A stretch of DNA of 64,000 nucleotides from Candidatus Binatia bacterium (GCA_963664395.2 OY761159.2:928001-992000), one strand, 5' to 3'. Counted from the stretch's first letter, positions 39,652-50,929 are shown. Made by a program: numbers and translations. The notes: generated by a model not told the origin, from the sequence alone.

Positions 39652-40809
39652 ATGGCGGCAAACGGAAAGTTTCCCTATAGCGGGACGGTTGATGCCGACG
39701 GACATATCCTTGAGCCACCTGATACCTGGGAGAAGTATATTGATCCAAAATATAAAGATCGGACCATCCGCCTGCGCACAAATGAAGACGGGCTCGAGGT
39801 CTTGGAACTGAACGGACGGCCCGCGAAGTATTCCCAGCCGGGGCAACTGGCCCAATTCGGTGCCATGGGAAAAAAGTCAGAAGCAGAAACCGCGCCCCAT
39901 CCGGACCGCACCTATGTTGGCGAAGCGCCCTTCGGCTCCATGTACCCAAAAGAGCGGCTGGCACGTATGGATCAAGAGGGTTTGGATAAGGTTATTATCT
40001 ATCCGAGTATCGGCCTCTTGTGGGAAACGGAAGAGGTTGAGGGCCTTGATTTGCAGGCGGCGTACGCCCAGGCGTATAACCGCTGGGTGGTTGATTTCTG
40101 TTCCGATTCCGATGGACGGCTGATTCCGATTGCCCATATCTCCATGGGGGACGGGAACGTGGCGGCTCAGGAATTGGAGCGGGCGGTGAAAGCCGGAGCC
40201 AAAGGCGCGTTCTTCGTGCCGTTTACGCCAACCAATAAATCTCACGCCCACCCGGACTACGATCCGTTCTGGGCCAAGGCCCAGGAGTTGGACGTCCCGG
40301 TCGGCATTCATCCGAGTGGCGAGCCACCGGCCAAGCGGGTCCACCAGCGTTTTAAGGATATGCAGAAATGGGCGCTGTGGCACTTCAACGTGCACGGCGC
40401 GCAGGGGCCGCTCCAGGCGTTTACGGCGATGTTCCAGTATGGCTTGTTTGAGCGTTTTCCCAAGATCAAAGTGGTAGTGCTGGAATCGGGCGCGGGCTGG
40501 GCCGGCTATCTGCTCAACCGCATGGATGCCGTGTTCGACAGTCCGCTGGGCGATACCGTCCGGCTCAAAGAAAAACCGAGCTACTACTTCCATCGCAACT
40601 GCTGGATTTCCGGTGACCCGGACGAAAAAGCCTTCGGGCATGTGGTAGACTTTGTCGGCGCAGACAAATTCTTCTGGGCGTCAGACTTCCCGCATCCCGA
40701 CCACCCTGACAACTATATGGCCGAGCTGGCCGAACTCGTTGAGCCCATGTCTGACTCAACCCGGCAGAAGGTGATCGGCGAGAACGCGGCACGGGTGTAC
40801 GGATTATAG
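39652..40809 (+). CDS. Amidohydrolase_2 family protein
   Basis: DADGH, IHP, ESGAGW, ASDFPHPD. Confidence 0.9.
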   Translation: MAANGKFPYSGTVDADGHILEPPDTWEKYIDPKYKDRTIRLRTNEDGLEVLELNGRPAKYSQPGQLAQFGAMGKKSEAETAPHPDRTYVGEAPFGSMYPKERLARMDQEGLDKVIIYPSIGLLWETEEVEGLDLQAAYAQAYNRWVVDFCSDSDGRLIPIAHISMGDGNVAAQELERAVKAGAKGAFFVPFTPTNKSHAHPDYDPFWAKAQELDVPVGIHPSGEPPAKRVHQRFKDMQKWALWHFNVHGAQGPLQAFTAMFQYGLFERFPKIKVVVLESGAGWAGYLLNRMDAVFDSPLGDTVRLKEKPSYYFHRNCWISGDPDEKAFGHVVDFVGADKFFWASDFPHPDHPDNYMAELAELVEPMSDSTRQKVIGENAARVYGL

Positions 40810-40819
40810 GGAGAGGGCC

Positions 40820-41275
40820 ATGAAACTCGACTATCTGTGCGATTATACCGCAACTTTCATCACCCCGATCAGTGTCGGCAAGGGGCCGCTGGGCGAGCGC
40901 ATTGTGGCCGACCTGACCGGTGGTCACTTCGAGGGGCCGCGTATGAAGGGCAAGGTCCGAGCCAGCGGAGCGGACTGGGCCCTGGTCGGACCGGACGGCA
41001 ACCTGCGTCTCGACGTGCGGGCGGTCTTTGAAAGCGACGATGGGGCCGCGATTTATGTCACCTACCGGGCGCGTATGGAAGCCACCGAGGGTATTCGGAA
41101 AGCGCTTGAGGGCGGTGGCTCCACCAATTTCGGAGATAATTATTTTATCTCACAGATCCAGTTTGAGACCGGCGACGAGCGCTATGCCTGGCTCAATAAT
41201 CTGATGGCAGTTGGCGAAGGCAAACTCAAGCCCAACGAGGTGACCTATCGGGTATATGCCGTCGTGCCGGATTAA
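40820..41275 (+). CDS. DUF3237 domain protein
   Basis: GGHFEGPR, GADW, LDVR, FETGDERYAWLN. Confidence 0.85.
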   Translation: MKLDYLCDYTATFITPISVGKGPLGERIVADLTGGHFEGPRMKGKVRASGADWALVGPDGNLRLDVRAVFESDDGAAIYVTYRARMEATEGIRKALEGGGSTNFGDNYFISQIQFETGDERYAWLNNLMAVGEGKLKPNEVTYRVYAVVPD

Positions 41276-41298
41276 CTTGTGACCTCCCCACCTCCTAT

Positions 41299-41380
41299 GT
41301 AGGGGCAACCCCCTGTGGTTGCCCTCTTCTGGACCCAGTATCCCCCTCACCCCAGCCCTCTCCCCCAAGGGGCGAGGGGG
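41299..41380 (+). repeat. GTAG REP plus CCCTCACCC hairpin repeat
   Basis: GTAGGGGCAACC-CCCTGT-GGTTGCCCT and CCCCTCACCCCAGCCCTCTCCCCCAAGGGGCGAGGGG. Confidence 0.7.
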
Positions 41381-41564
41381 CGCAAGAGGGAATCAGACCT
41401 TTACCCACACGCCTCCTGCCCCAGATGCTCTCTGAGCGTCTGCCCGGTATATTCCGTGCGGTGAAGGCCGCGTTGCTGTAATACGGGCCCGCCCGTGCCG
41501 CCTCGTTTCCCCGCCCTCGGCGTCGCCGCCTGAAGTGTTCCGTCGCCCCCGGTATGTTTGGTGA

Positions 41565-41610
41565 AGATTCCTCCCATTTTAGGGGGGCCAGGGGGAGCGG
41601 AATGGGGTAG
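41565..41610 (+). promoter_or_regulatory. Conserved 46-bp element upstream of giant surface protein gene 2
   Basis: AGATTCCTCCCATTTTAGGGGGG-N9-GCGGAATGGGGTAG; copy of 2080-2125. Confidence 0.65.
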
Positions 41611-41761
41611 AGATATATTCTCAACCCGCGATGAGTAGCGGCGCAGGTTGAAATATTCCGAACCAGGAAAAAACATGGACTTTCGCTCCCCCCGCCCCCC
41701 GTGCCTGCTGTTTGCCTCTGAAAGGCCCCTCTCCGCCTGAACATTCCGCCGCGCGCGGGGC

Positions 41762-44700
41762 GTGCGCGGCTCACGGATTCGGCGGCCGGTCCGGTCGCTC
41801 CGCCGCCATGCGCGGGCGGTGGCGTGTGTCGTGCTCGGTCTCGCCGCCGTGGCGCTCGCCACCCCGGCGGCCGCGCAGCCAGCGTCAGCCTATGAACACG
41901 TCAGTAATTTTCTCTCGACCCCGGACTTCCCTTTAGCCACTGTTGCGGACCATTCGCAAAGATTCACCACAGGTTCGAACTCGGGCGGGTACAAACTGTA
42001 CGATGTCTTAATAAGGACAACGGCCACACAAGGCCCCGGGGGGTATCTAATCGGCGACGTCAGGTGCACAGGCGACGAGCTTTCCCTGCTCGATTGCCCC
42101 TTCGTAGGGAACCCGTTTTTGGTCTCCGTGTGCAGGGTGCTCGCAAGTGGGTACCCGGACAGGGATTCTTGTACGCTCCTCAATCCGCCCAGCAGCTTTG
42201 AGCCGGGGAACCTGACCTTCACCGCCCCGGAAGTCGCCGACCCGAATGGGATTGACGTGGAGAAGATCGAACTGGCGCCAAATACGACCTACACCCTGCT
42301 GACGGAGGTCGCGGTGAGGGTGTTCGATGGGGTGGAAACGCCTCTTACTGTGGAGTACGGCGTAACCGACTCAGACGATGAGACTACGGAATCTTCGCCT
42401 GGGTGGTCAATCTGGAATGATTACGACAGTTACAATGGCCGCGATGACAGTTGGGGCCCCCACTATGCGCAAGCGCACCGAGTCCGGATCCGTGCCACCA
42501 GGGGCCACTCGACTGCCGTGATCACCTCGGTGGACGTGACCTCGTCGTCGTCGCATCCCCCCCTCCACGGCCCAAGCGACATTATCGAGTTCACGGTCAC
42601 ACTCAGCGAGGATGTGACGGTGGGGGGCGACCCGGTGTTCCTCTTCTCGCTCGGGGGAGCCGACACGGAAGCAAGCTACGACGCCGAACGCAGCACGGCA
42701 CGGAGCCTGGTGTTCAAATACACGGTACAGGCCGGCGACAAGGTCACCGACGGCATTCGGGTCGGCAACGGGCCGCGGACCTTCAGGCTCGACGACAACG
42801 ACCACATCCGCACGCTGAGGAGCCTGCAAGACGCCCTTCTCGACCACGACGCGCTCGGAACGCTGCTCGATGCCCCTGTTGCTACGGTACAAACCCTCGT
42901 TTCCAATTTTGGGCAACCACCAGGAACAGCGCGGCCCACTGTAGTCTTTAACACATTTAAATCTCAGGCATTTACGACCGGCTCCAATTCTGCGGGCTAC
43001 GGTCTCGACTCGATTCGGGTAAACGTTTCCTATATCGAGCCCAGACCGTCCGGATACATCACGGCATCCATCTGGACAACCAATGCCGATGGCAATCCGC
43101 TGACCAAGCTGTTTGACATGTCAAATCCTCGCTCTAACAGGTCATCACCCTGGATCCCCTAACCTTCACCGCTGCAAATACCACGCTCAATACCTCAACC
43201 AGGTATGCCTTTGTCATCACAAGCACCGGCCGCGCCGTAGGTTTCGAACCAGCAACTACTACGGCAGAGGACCCTGGCAGCGCTTCAGGGTGGTTGATTG
43301 CCGACTTTCTTCGTACTAGAACAGCGGCGGCGGCGGCAACACCAACTGGCTTTCTATTCCCAGTTTCCCGTTGCGAATCGAATTCAAGGGAACCATTCTC
43401 GACCCCACCGACGCGACGCTGAGATCGCTGGCGCTGTCGGACGCGTCGGACGATTCCAGTATCGCGTTGCGTCCGGCCTTCGCGTCAAGCATCACGAGCT
43501 ACACGGCGTCAGTGGCGAACCGGGTGGACGAGATTACCATCGCGCCGACGACCACCAACAACGGCGCCCGCGTCGCATACCTCAACAGCAGCGACACAGC
43601 GATTTCCGACGCCGACACGACGAAGAACGGCCAGCAGGTGTCGCTCGCGGTGGACGCCAACACGATCAAGGTGCAGGTCACGGCCGCGGACGGCACCACG
43701 CCGCAGCCCTACACCGTGACGGTGACCCGTACCAGCACCGACGCGACACTGAGCGCGCTGGCGCTGTCGGACGCGTCGGACGATTCCCCTATCGCGCTGA
43801 GTCCGGCCTTCGCGTCAGGCACCACGAGCTACACGGCGTCAGTGGCGAACGGGGTGGACGAGATTACCATCGCGCCGACGACCACCAACAACGGCGCCCG
43901 CGTCGCATACTTCAACGGCAGCGACACAGCGATTCCCGACGCCGACGACGCGAAGAACGGCCAGCAGGTGTCGCTCGCGGTTGGCCCGAACACGATCACG
44001 GTGCAGGTCACGGCCGCGGACAGCACCGCGACGCAGCCCTACACCGTGACGGTGACCCGTGCCGAGCCCGAGCAGATCCCCAGCACCGACGCGACGCTGA
44101 GCGCGCTGGCGCTGTCGAACGCGGCGGACGATTCCACTATCGCGCTGAGTCGGCCCTTCGCGTCAGGCCCCATGAGGATCTACACGGCGTCAGTGCCGAA
44201 CGGGGTGGAGCAGATTACCATCGCGCCGACGACCACCAACAACGGCGCCCGCGTCGCATACCTCAACAGCAGCGACACAGCGATTCCCGACGCCGACGCG
44301 AAGGACGGCCAGCAGGTGTCGCTCGCGGTTGGCCCGAACACGATCACGGTGCAGGTCACGGCCGCGGACAGACACCACGACGCAGACCTACACCGTGACG
44401 GTGACCCGTGCCGAGCCCGAGCAGATCCCCAGCACCGACGCGACGCTGAGCGCGCTGGCGCTGTCGGACGCGGCGGACAATTCCACTATCGATCTGAGTC
44501 CGGCCTTCGCGTCAGGCACCATGAAGATCTACACGGCGTCAGTGGCGAACGGGGTGGAGCAGATTACCATCGCGCCGACGCGCAACAACAACGGCGCCCG
44601 CGTCGCATACCTCGACGGCAGCGACACAGCGATTGCCGACGCCGACGCCGACGCGAAGAACGGCCAGCAGGTGCCGCGCTCGTGGTTGCGACCGCGAACA

Positions 44701-46593
44701 CGATCAAGGTGCAGGTCACGGCCGCGGACGACACCACGACGCTGACCTACACCGTGACGGTGACCCGTGCCGAGCCCGAGCAGATCCCCAGCTCCGACGC
44801 GACAGCGCGCTGGCGCTGTGAGCGACAATTCCACTATCGCTGAGCGCTGTCGGACCGCGCGCGCGACGACGACCGCATCTTTACGAACAATCGCATATAA
44901 GCCCGCAGAGCCCCAGGGCGACCACCACAAGGTGGACGGATCCCGCGGCGGATATTCGTTGACCGCGTCCCACGCTATCGATCTGAGTCCGGCCTGAGCG
45001 CGCTCGCGTCAGGCCCGGCAACCCGCGTCGCATCACCGGCCTATCCAGTAGCGCACAGCGATTCCCGACGCCGACTGCGAAGGACGGCCAGAGGATCTAC
45101 ACGGCGTCAGATCCCCAGCTGCCGAACGGGGTGGAGCAGATTACCATCGCACCGATGACCACCAACACCGGCGCCAGCATTCGCCTACTTCAAAGGCAGC
45201 GACACAGTGATTGCCGACGCCGACGAGACGAACGGCCAGCAGGTGTCGCTCGTGGTTGGCGAGAACACGATCACGGTGAAGGTCACGGCCGCGGACGACA
45301 CCACGACGCAGACCTACACCGTGACGGTGACCCGTGCGGCGGCGACGGAACCGGTACGGGCGGGGCGGGCGGGCAGGGGCGGCGGCGGGGGCGGTTCCAG
45401 CCAGGACGAGCACGGCAACACGCCAGCGCAGGCGACCCTCGTCACCCTGGACCCCACCCGGACCGCATCCGTGCCGGGGCGGCTCAACACCGCCGCCGAC
45501 GTGGATTACTTCACCGTAGCCGTGCCCCACGCCGGGGTGTTGGTCGTCGAGACGAGTGGGCCGACCGCCACCATGGGCACGGTGTGGCAAGATGGGGAAG
45601 AGTTAGCCACCGCCGCCACGGGCGGGGCCGGCCGGAACTTCCGGCTCAGTGTGCGGGTTGCCCCTGGGTCAGTCGTGATAGCCGTGGCGGGCAACGGGCA
45701 GCAGACCGGGGCCTACACCCTGCAGGTGACCTTCCTGCCGGGGTATCTGGAGAATCCGGGAGCGGCGTCCTTCCAGAGTGGGATTGGCGTCATCTCGGGC
45801 TGGACCTGTGACGCCGAAGAAGTGGAGATTGTGTTGAACGGGGAGCCGCAGGAGGCGGCGTATGGCACGGCGCGGCTCGATACGGAGGCGGTGTGCGGCG
45901 ACAGCCGACAACGGCTTTGGCCTCTTGTTCAACTGGAACCTGCTGGGCGACGGCGAGCATGAGGTGGTGGCCCTGGTCGATGGGGTCGAACTCGACCGGG
46001 CGACCGTGACGGTCACGACGCTGGGCGCCGAGTTTCTGCGAGACGTGACGGGGACGTGTACCGCCGCAGATTTTCCGACCGGGGACGAGACGGTCACCCT
46101 GGCGTGGCAACAGACACAGCAGAACTTTGTGATTGTGGATGGCGCGGCTCCTGCCGGTGCAACCCGGGCGGGGAGAGCCGGGGTGGGGTATCTGGAGAAC
46201 CCGGGACCCCATTCGTTTCAGAGTGGGATCGGGGTGATTTCGGGCTGGGTGTGTGAGGGGGACGAGGTCATCATCGAGCTGAACGGGGAGCCGCAGCCAG
46301 CGGCGTATGGCACCGAGCGGCTCGATACGGAGTCGATGTGTGGGGACACGGACAATGGGTTTGGGTTGTTGTTCAACTGGAACCTGTTGGGCGAGGGCGC
46401 GCATGAGGTGGTGGCGTTCGTCGATGGCGAAGAGTTAGGCCGGGCCACGGTGCGGGTGACGACGCTGGGCGTGGAGTTTGTGCGGGATGTTGAGGGAGAA
46501 TGTACAGTCGAGGCCTTCCCCATGCTCGGCGAGACGGTCACCTTGGAATGGCAACAGAATAGCCAGAATTTTGTGATTACGGACGTGGAGTAA
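41762..46593 (+). pseudogene. Giant secreted modular surface protein 2, multiply frameshifted (pseudogene or sequence error)
   Basis: Signal peptide ending PAAAQ; two VSN..Q.FTTGSNS domains; cadherin-like beta-sandwich repeats (DATLSALALS); DEHGN..DVDYF domain; two GYLENPG C-terminal domains; frame changes near 43140, 43320, 44370, 44675, 44800-45200 and 45900. Confidence 0.75.
43405..45335 (+). repeat. Tandem ~330-350-bp cadherin-like beta-sandwich repeats
   Basis: Near-identical ACCGACGCGAC...TACACCGTGACGGTGACCCGT units, four clear plus a scrambled fifth. Confidence 0.8.
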
Positions 46594-46605
46594 AGCAGGG
46601 GTTGG

Positions 46606-46920
46606 GGTGACGGCAAAGCCCAGCTTGTCGGTCACAGCGGCCAGCATGGGAACCAGGAGAACCGGATCATGCACCGGAAACTGAACGGCATGGATGAGGG
46701 CTTCGTCGGTTCGTGCTCGGTAGTTTCCATAGGTAGCAAGTTGATCTGCAAAGAATATGGCATCAAACTTGCCGCGCTCCAGCGTTTTGGCAATGTCCTG
46801 CCACAGGTCGGGTTGGGCAAAGGAGGAGCCGACTGTGCTATCCGGGTGGGTCCATGAGCCCACGGTATGATTCATCGGGCTGTGAATCATGAAGGCATTC
46901 AGATGCATGATCTTTTTCAT
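46606..46920 (-). pseudogene. NtaA/DmoA-family FMN-dependent monooxygenase, 3'-truncated
   Basis: MHLNAF..GSWTHP..LERGKFDAIFFAD..DPVLLVPMLAAVTDKLGFAVT; homology stops ~12 bp from the stop of surface protein 2. Confidence 0.82.
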
Positions 46921-46943
46921 GGCGTGGCTCCCCCGGTGAGTTT

Positions 46944-47801
46944 TTATGCGCCCAGCATCTCTTGGGCCAACCCCTCCAATTCTGCAATCACGTCCGCTTC
47001 CTCAAACTTATTGAGCCAGATAATAGCGTGCTCTGCGCCGGCGTCTTCCAGCGCTTGGGCATCGGCACGTTTGCGCAACTGCCCCGGCTGCCCGAAAGCC
47101 GTGACGGAGATCGACTCGGGATCACGCCCCGCCTGGGCGGCCAACTCGTTCAACGTCTGGCGTCCGTGTCGAATCTCATCCGGCGAGGTGCTGACCGGCA
47201 TCCAGCCATCACCCCACTCAACCGTCCGTTTGAACACATTCTTGGCCGAGCCACCCAGAATAACGGGCGGATGCGGCTTTTGGGCCGGCTTGGGAAAGCA
47301 CTTGACCGCGGGAAAGTCATAGTATTTGCCGTGATATTCGGAATCGTCCGTGGTCCACAACTCTTTCATGGCCAGGATCGAATCTCGAGTCTGAGTCCAG
47401 CGATGCGGAAAGTCTCCGCCCATGATTTCGCACTCTTCTTTTTGCCAGCCGGCACCGATGCCAAACAGAAAACGTCCGCCCGAATAGTGGTCCAGCGTGG
47501 CGATCTCTTTGGCCAGTAACAACGGGTTGCGTTCCGGCACGAGACAAATACCGGTGCCCAGCTTGATCTTCGTTGTTGTGGCCGAGGCCCGGGCCAGCGA
47601 CACAAACGGATCCGAAATAATACCGATTGTTCTCGGAATCGGCTGATCCGGGGCTGCGGGATAGCCCACGGTGGTATGGACCGGAAGAACCGGATGTTCC
47701 GGGACCCAAAACGAGGCAAAGCCCAGTTCTTCGGCCTTTTTCGCCACAATTGCGGGGTCTGCCGACTCGCCGGACGTGAAATAGAATACGCCAATGTCCA
47801 T
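46944..47801 (-). CDS. LLM-class F420-dependent oxidoreductase
   Basis: GFASFWVPEHP, SGGRFLFGIGAGW, PKPAQKPHPP. Confidence 0.9.
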   Translation of the reverse strand: MDIGVFYFTSGESADPAIVAKKAEELGFASFWVPEHPVLPVHTTVGYPAAPDQPIPRTIGIISDPFVSLARASATTTKIKLGTGICLVPERNPLLLAKEIATLDHYSGGRFLFGIGAGWQKEECEIMGGDFPHRWTQTRDSILAMKELWTTDDSEYHGKYYDFPAVKCFPKPAQKPHPPVILGGSAKNVFKRTVEWGDGWMPVSTSPDEIRHGRQTLNELAAQAGRDPESISVTAFGQPGQLRKRADAQALEDAGAEHAIIWLNKFEEADVIAELEGLAQEMLGA

Positions 47802-47907
47802 ATGTGCTTCTCCTTATTCTGAAATGCTCACTCTTATGTATCTGTCTTATTCCACTACCTGCAAGATGTTGGGCTGCCTCTTTTACGGGAATACCAGACC
47901 GTATTGT

Positions 47908-47934
47908 GTCATACCTGCGAAAGCAGGTATCCAG
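47908..47934 (+). repeat. GTCAT(T/A)CC palindromic repeat
   Basis: GTCATACCTGCGAAAGCAGGTATCCAG; compensatory variant of 16778-16804. Confidence 0.7.
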
Positions 47935-47991
47935 GTTTCGGAGATACGACGAGGTTTTGTGAAATATATGTTTTCTATAGGAGTGGAACAG

Positions 47992-48690
47992 ATGGAGCCC
48001 TATCTATATTCAGAGATCAGTCCAATGTTCGGATTTCTCGTCGGAGTCGTGTCGGGCCTTGGGCTAGTCGGACTTTGGCGCGGTATTCGACGGCTAGTAG
48101 ACTTGCGTGCCACTCGGGCGGCAGCCGATGCACTTCTTGGTCAGCCATATGGCGACAACCCACGGGATCAGGCAGCGTACGAAAGAGTCGAATCTTGTAA
48201 GAGCCGCCTCCGCTGGCAAAAGAAGCCCAATCCCGAATGGATAGCTCCTCTTATTGAAGAGATACCAAAACTCATTCGGGAGATTGCGGAGATCTATTAC
48301 CCGGACGCTGTTGATCCGATACGGGCTCCCGGTCTGAGTCACTTTGCTCGCGCCATCCACCTCGCAGCCATGGATATTGCTGATTTTCTCCAAACTCGTC
48401 GCGTTGGCAGACTTCTCGACGTTAGCGCGACCACTGCATGGAAAACCTGGGAGGTTAGACAAAGGATTGCAAATAACAAGATCGTCAAAATACTATCTCC
48501 ATACTATAAGAGAGTACGTACAGGATTGCAGATCATAAAGTATAAGTCGCCGTCCATGTGGGCCTGGCTCTTTTTGTCTAACGCGGCAGTCAGAATACTC
48601 CAGCCGGCGGTGATCGACATTGTGGCCCGGCGTGCAATTGAACTGTACAGTGGGAGACTCACTTCCAGCGCAGGGCACGTTACTTCATGA
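47992..48690 (+). CDS. Hypothetical protein with N-terminal membrane anchor
   Basis: ORF with hydrophobic FGFLVGVVSGLGLVGLW; GGAG RBS before ATG 47992; visibly lower GC than flanks. Confidence 0.55.
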   Translation: MEPYLYSEISPMFGFLVGVVSGLGLVGLWRGIRRLVDLRATRAAADALLGQPYGDNPRDQAAYERVESCKSRLRWQKKPNPEWIAPLIEEIPKLIREIAEIYYPDAVDPIRAPGLSHFARAIHLAAMDIADFLQTRRVGRLLDVSATTAWKTWEVRQRIANNKIVKILSPYYKRVRTGLQIIKYKSPSMWAWLFLSNAAVRILQPAVIDIVARRAIELYSGRLTSSAGHVTS

Positions 48691-48795
48691 GGGGAAAGAG
48701 TCTTGAATCCCCTCCCATATCATTCCTAAAGAAAGGTTATGTTATAGGTTGCCTTGCATAAGGATATTCGGCCCATCTATATCAAAGCGGGATTA

Positions 48796-48823
48796 GAGAG
48801 GGCGAAAAATTTTTCGCCCCTAC
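48796..48823 (-). repeat. REP left of RAYT
   Basis: GGGCGAAAAATTTTTCGCCCCTAC; GTAG head on the minus strand. Confidence 0.8.
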
Positions 48824-48889
48824 CATGATGGCGTCTGCCCATGACCGCCAGCCTCAAACCCTGCCGGTCTACAATGATTCCGGTGTGCC

Positions 48890-49411
48890 GTGACTAAGGG
48901 GGATTTACACCAGCGCCGTTCGCTCCGTTTGGCCGGGTTTGATTACGGCCGGGAAGGGGCGTATTTCGTGACCATCTGCACCCATGACCGGACCTGTCTG
49001 TTCGGCGAAATTGTAAATGGAGAGATGCGGTTGAACGTTGCGGGTCAGGTTGCGGCCACCTGTTGGCTGGACATTCCCGCTCATTTTCCACATGTGCGGT
49101 TGGATACCTATGCGATTATGCCGAATCATGTTCACGGGATCATTTGGATTGACGCGCATCCGGTGGCGGTCCCCCCGGGTGCATTGGTATTGCGATCACC
49201 CTCGAAAACCGTTGGTTCCATCGTGCGCGGGTTCAAAATTGGCGTCACCAAATGGGTCCGGGCCAATATGGACGTTCGGGATGTGTGGCAACGCAATTAT
49301 TATGAACATATCATCCGCAACGAGGCCGCCCTGAACCGGGTCCACCAATACATCATGGACAACCCGGCCCGCTGGGCTGAAGACCCGGAGAATCCGACGC
49401 GATGGGCATAA
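48890..49411 (+). mobile_element. REP-associated tyrosine (Y1/HUH) transposase, RAYT-like
   Basis: RRSLRL..FDY..GAYFVTICT, MPNHVHG (HUH), WQRNYYEHIIR, YIMDNP; flanked by REPs. Confidence 0.88.
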
Positions 49412-49493
49412 TAGACCATATCGGCATTGTTTGGATTGCCGGTGACGCGCCTGTGCATAACCTGGCTGTAAATGCTGCCCCCGCGAATCCTAT

Positions 49494-49521
49494 GTAGGGG
49501 CGAAAAATCTTTCGCCCCTAC
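49494..49521 (+). repeat. REP right of RAYT
   Basis: GTAGGGGCGAAAAATCTTTCGCCCCTAC. Confidence 0.85.
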
Positions 49522-49618
49522 CGACTTTGACGTATCAATCGGTTGTGGAGTAGATTGGGAAAGCGCGAGGAAGGAAACAGCCTGCGGGGAGTGAATGACA
49601 CAAACAGGGAGGGACGAC

Positions 49619-50374
49619 ATGGACCCACAGCAGTGTATCGTAGAGCCCTCAGCCGTGCCTTGGAAAACCCTCCCTCTTGATGGTGGAGGAGAAGCCCAGC
49701 TTCAGCTTTACCTCACCGGCAGAGACGGTGGGCCTGAAGCCATACGGGCGCAAATCTCGGAAGACTATACGGTGGAGCCGCATTTTCATTATGCGGCGCA
49801 ATTCCAAGTCCTGCTTGAAGGCTCAATGGCCTTCCCGCTGGTCCGGCTCGATGCGCCAGCCGTGCACTATACGGAACATAACACGCCCTACGGTCCGTTC
49901 ACGGTCAGTGGTGGGCACGACATGCTTGTGCTGCATACCAGGCCGGGTGGTTTGGCTGTCATGCGCGATAAAAAACGACGCTGGCGGGCGAATGTGCGTG
50001 GCCGTGAGTTTACGCGCTGCGCCCATGAGGTCGAGTGGCAGCCCATGCCCGGCTGTCCGCACGCGCGACGCAAGCTGCTGATCCCGCCGAGCTTCGGCCC
50101 CACTGCGGAGTTGATTGCGTTTCCGGCGGGCGTCGAGTTTACTCCTCCGGTTCCGGAGTATGGCCGGTATGAGGTGGTCTATGCCGGTTCGGCCGCTCTG
50201 CTCGGCAGGCGGCTGGAACCGAAAGCGCTGCGTTTCATTCCGGGTGGCGAACAGGCCGTGCCGTTCACTGCCGATCCTGAAGGCGTGAGCATGATTTTCG
50301 TGAGCTTTGACCAAGACGCCAACTATAGTGACGCGGGCAGTACGGAAGACGCGATTGCCCGCATGGAGCACTGA
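49619..50374 (+). CDS. Hypothetical cupin-like protein
   Basis: PHFHYAAQFQVLLEG, HYTEHNTPYGP. Confidence 0.6.
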   Translation: MDPQQCIVEPSAVPWKTLPLDGGGEAQLQLYLTGRDGGPEAIRAQISEDYTVEPHFHYAAQFQVLLEGSMAFPLVRLDAPAVHYTEHNTPYGPFTVSGGHDMLVLHTRPGGLAVMRDKKRRWRANVRGREFTRCAHEVEWQPMPGCPHARRKLLIPPSFGPTAELIAFPAGVEFTPPVPEYGRYEVVYAGSAALLGRRLEPKALRFIPGGEQAVPFTADPEGVSMIFVSFDQDANYSDAGSTEDAIARMEH

Positions 50375-50398
50375 ACAGCAAGAAGGAGAACAAGAACA

Positions 50399-50905
50399 AT
50401 GAAAGCAGAAGAACTCCGCACCCTCCAGGCACCGCTCAAGCATGCCTATAAAGACGCGCCCGAAAAGGCGGTGGTGACGCTGAACGCAGAAGGACGGATT
50501 GGCGAGGGCATTACCTGCCGCGTCGAAACGGGCAAGGCATTGGTCGAAGCCGGGTTGCACCCGGCGACTGGTGGGGACGGACTGGCGGCCTGCTCCGGCG
50601 ATATGTTGCTGGAGGCGCTCGTGGCGTGTGCCGGCGTGACCCTGCAAGCCGTGTCTACGGCGATTGGGGTGGAGCTGCGCGATGGCAAGGTGATCGCGGA
50701 AGGCGACCTGGATTTCAGGGGGACCCTCGGCGTTTCAAAAGAAGCCCCGGTCGGTTTTCGCGACATTCGCCTCCGGTTTGATCTGGACACGGATGCCGAT
50801 GCGGAACAGTTGGCAACCCTGATTCGTCTGACTGAACGCTACTGTGTCGTCTTCCAGACCATCAGCAATAGACCGGATATGAAGGTCTCGTATACCGTTG
50901 TGTAA
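50399..50905 (+). CDS. OsmC family protein
   Basis: ACSGDMLLEALVACAG, DLDFRGTLG, ERYCVV. Confidence 0.88.
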   Translation: MKAEELRTLQAPLKHAYKDAPEKAVVTLNAEGRIGEGITCRVETGKALVEAGLHPATGGDGLAACSGDMLLEALVACAGVTLQAVSTAIGVELRDGKVIAEGDLDFRGTLGVSKEAPVGFRDIRLRFDLDTDADAEQLATLIRLTERYCVVFQTISNRPDMKVSYTVV

Positions 50906-50929
50906 TAGGAGAAGTCGGCCAGCGCTCTC

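Noticed and set aside
46435-46605. C-terminal extension of the 161-aa monooxygenase ORF
   Set aside because: It is run-on into the antisense strand of surface gene 2, not homologous sequence
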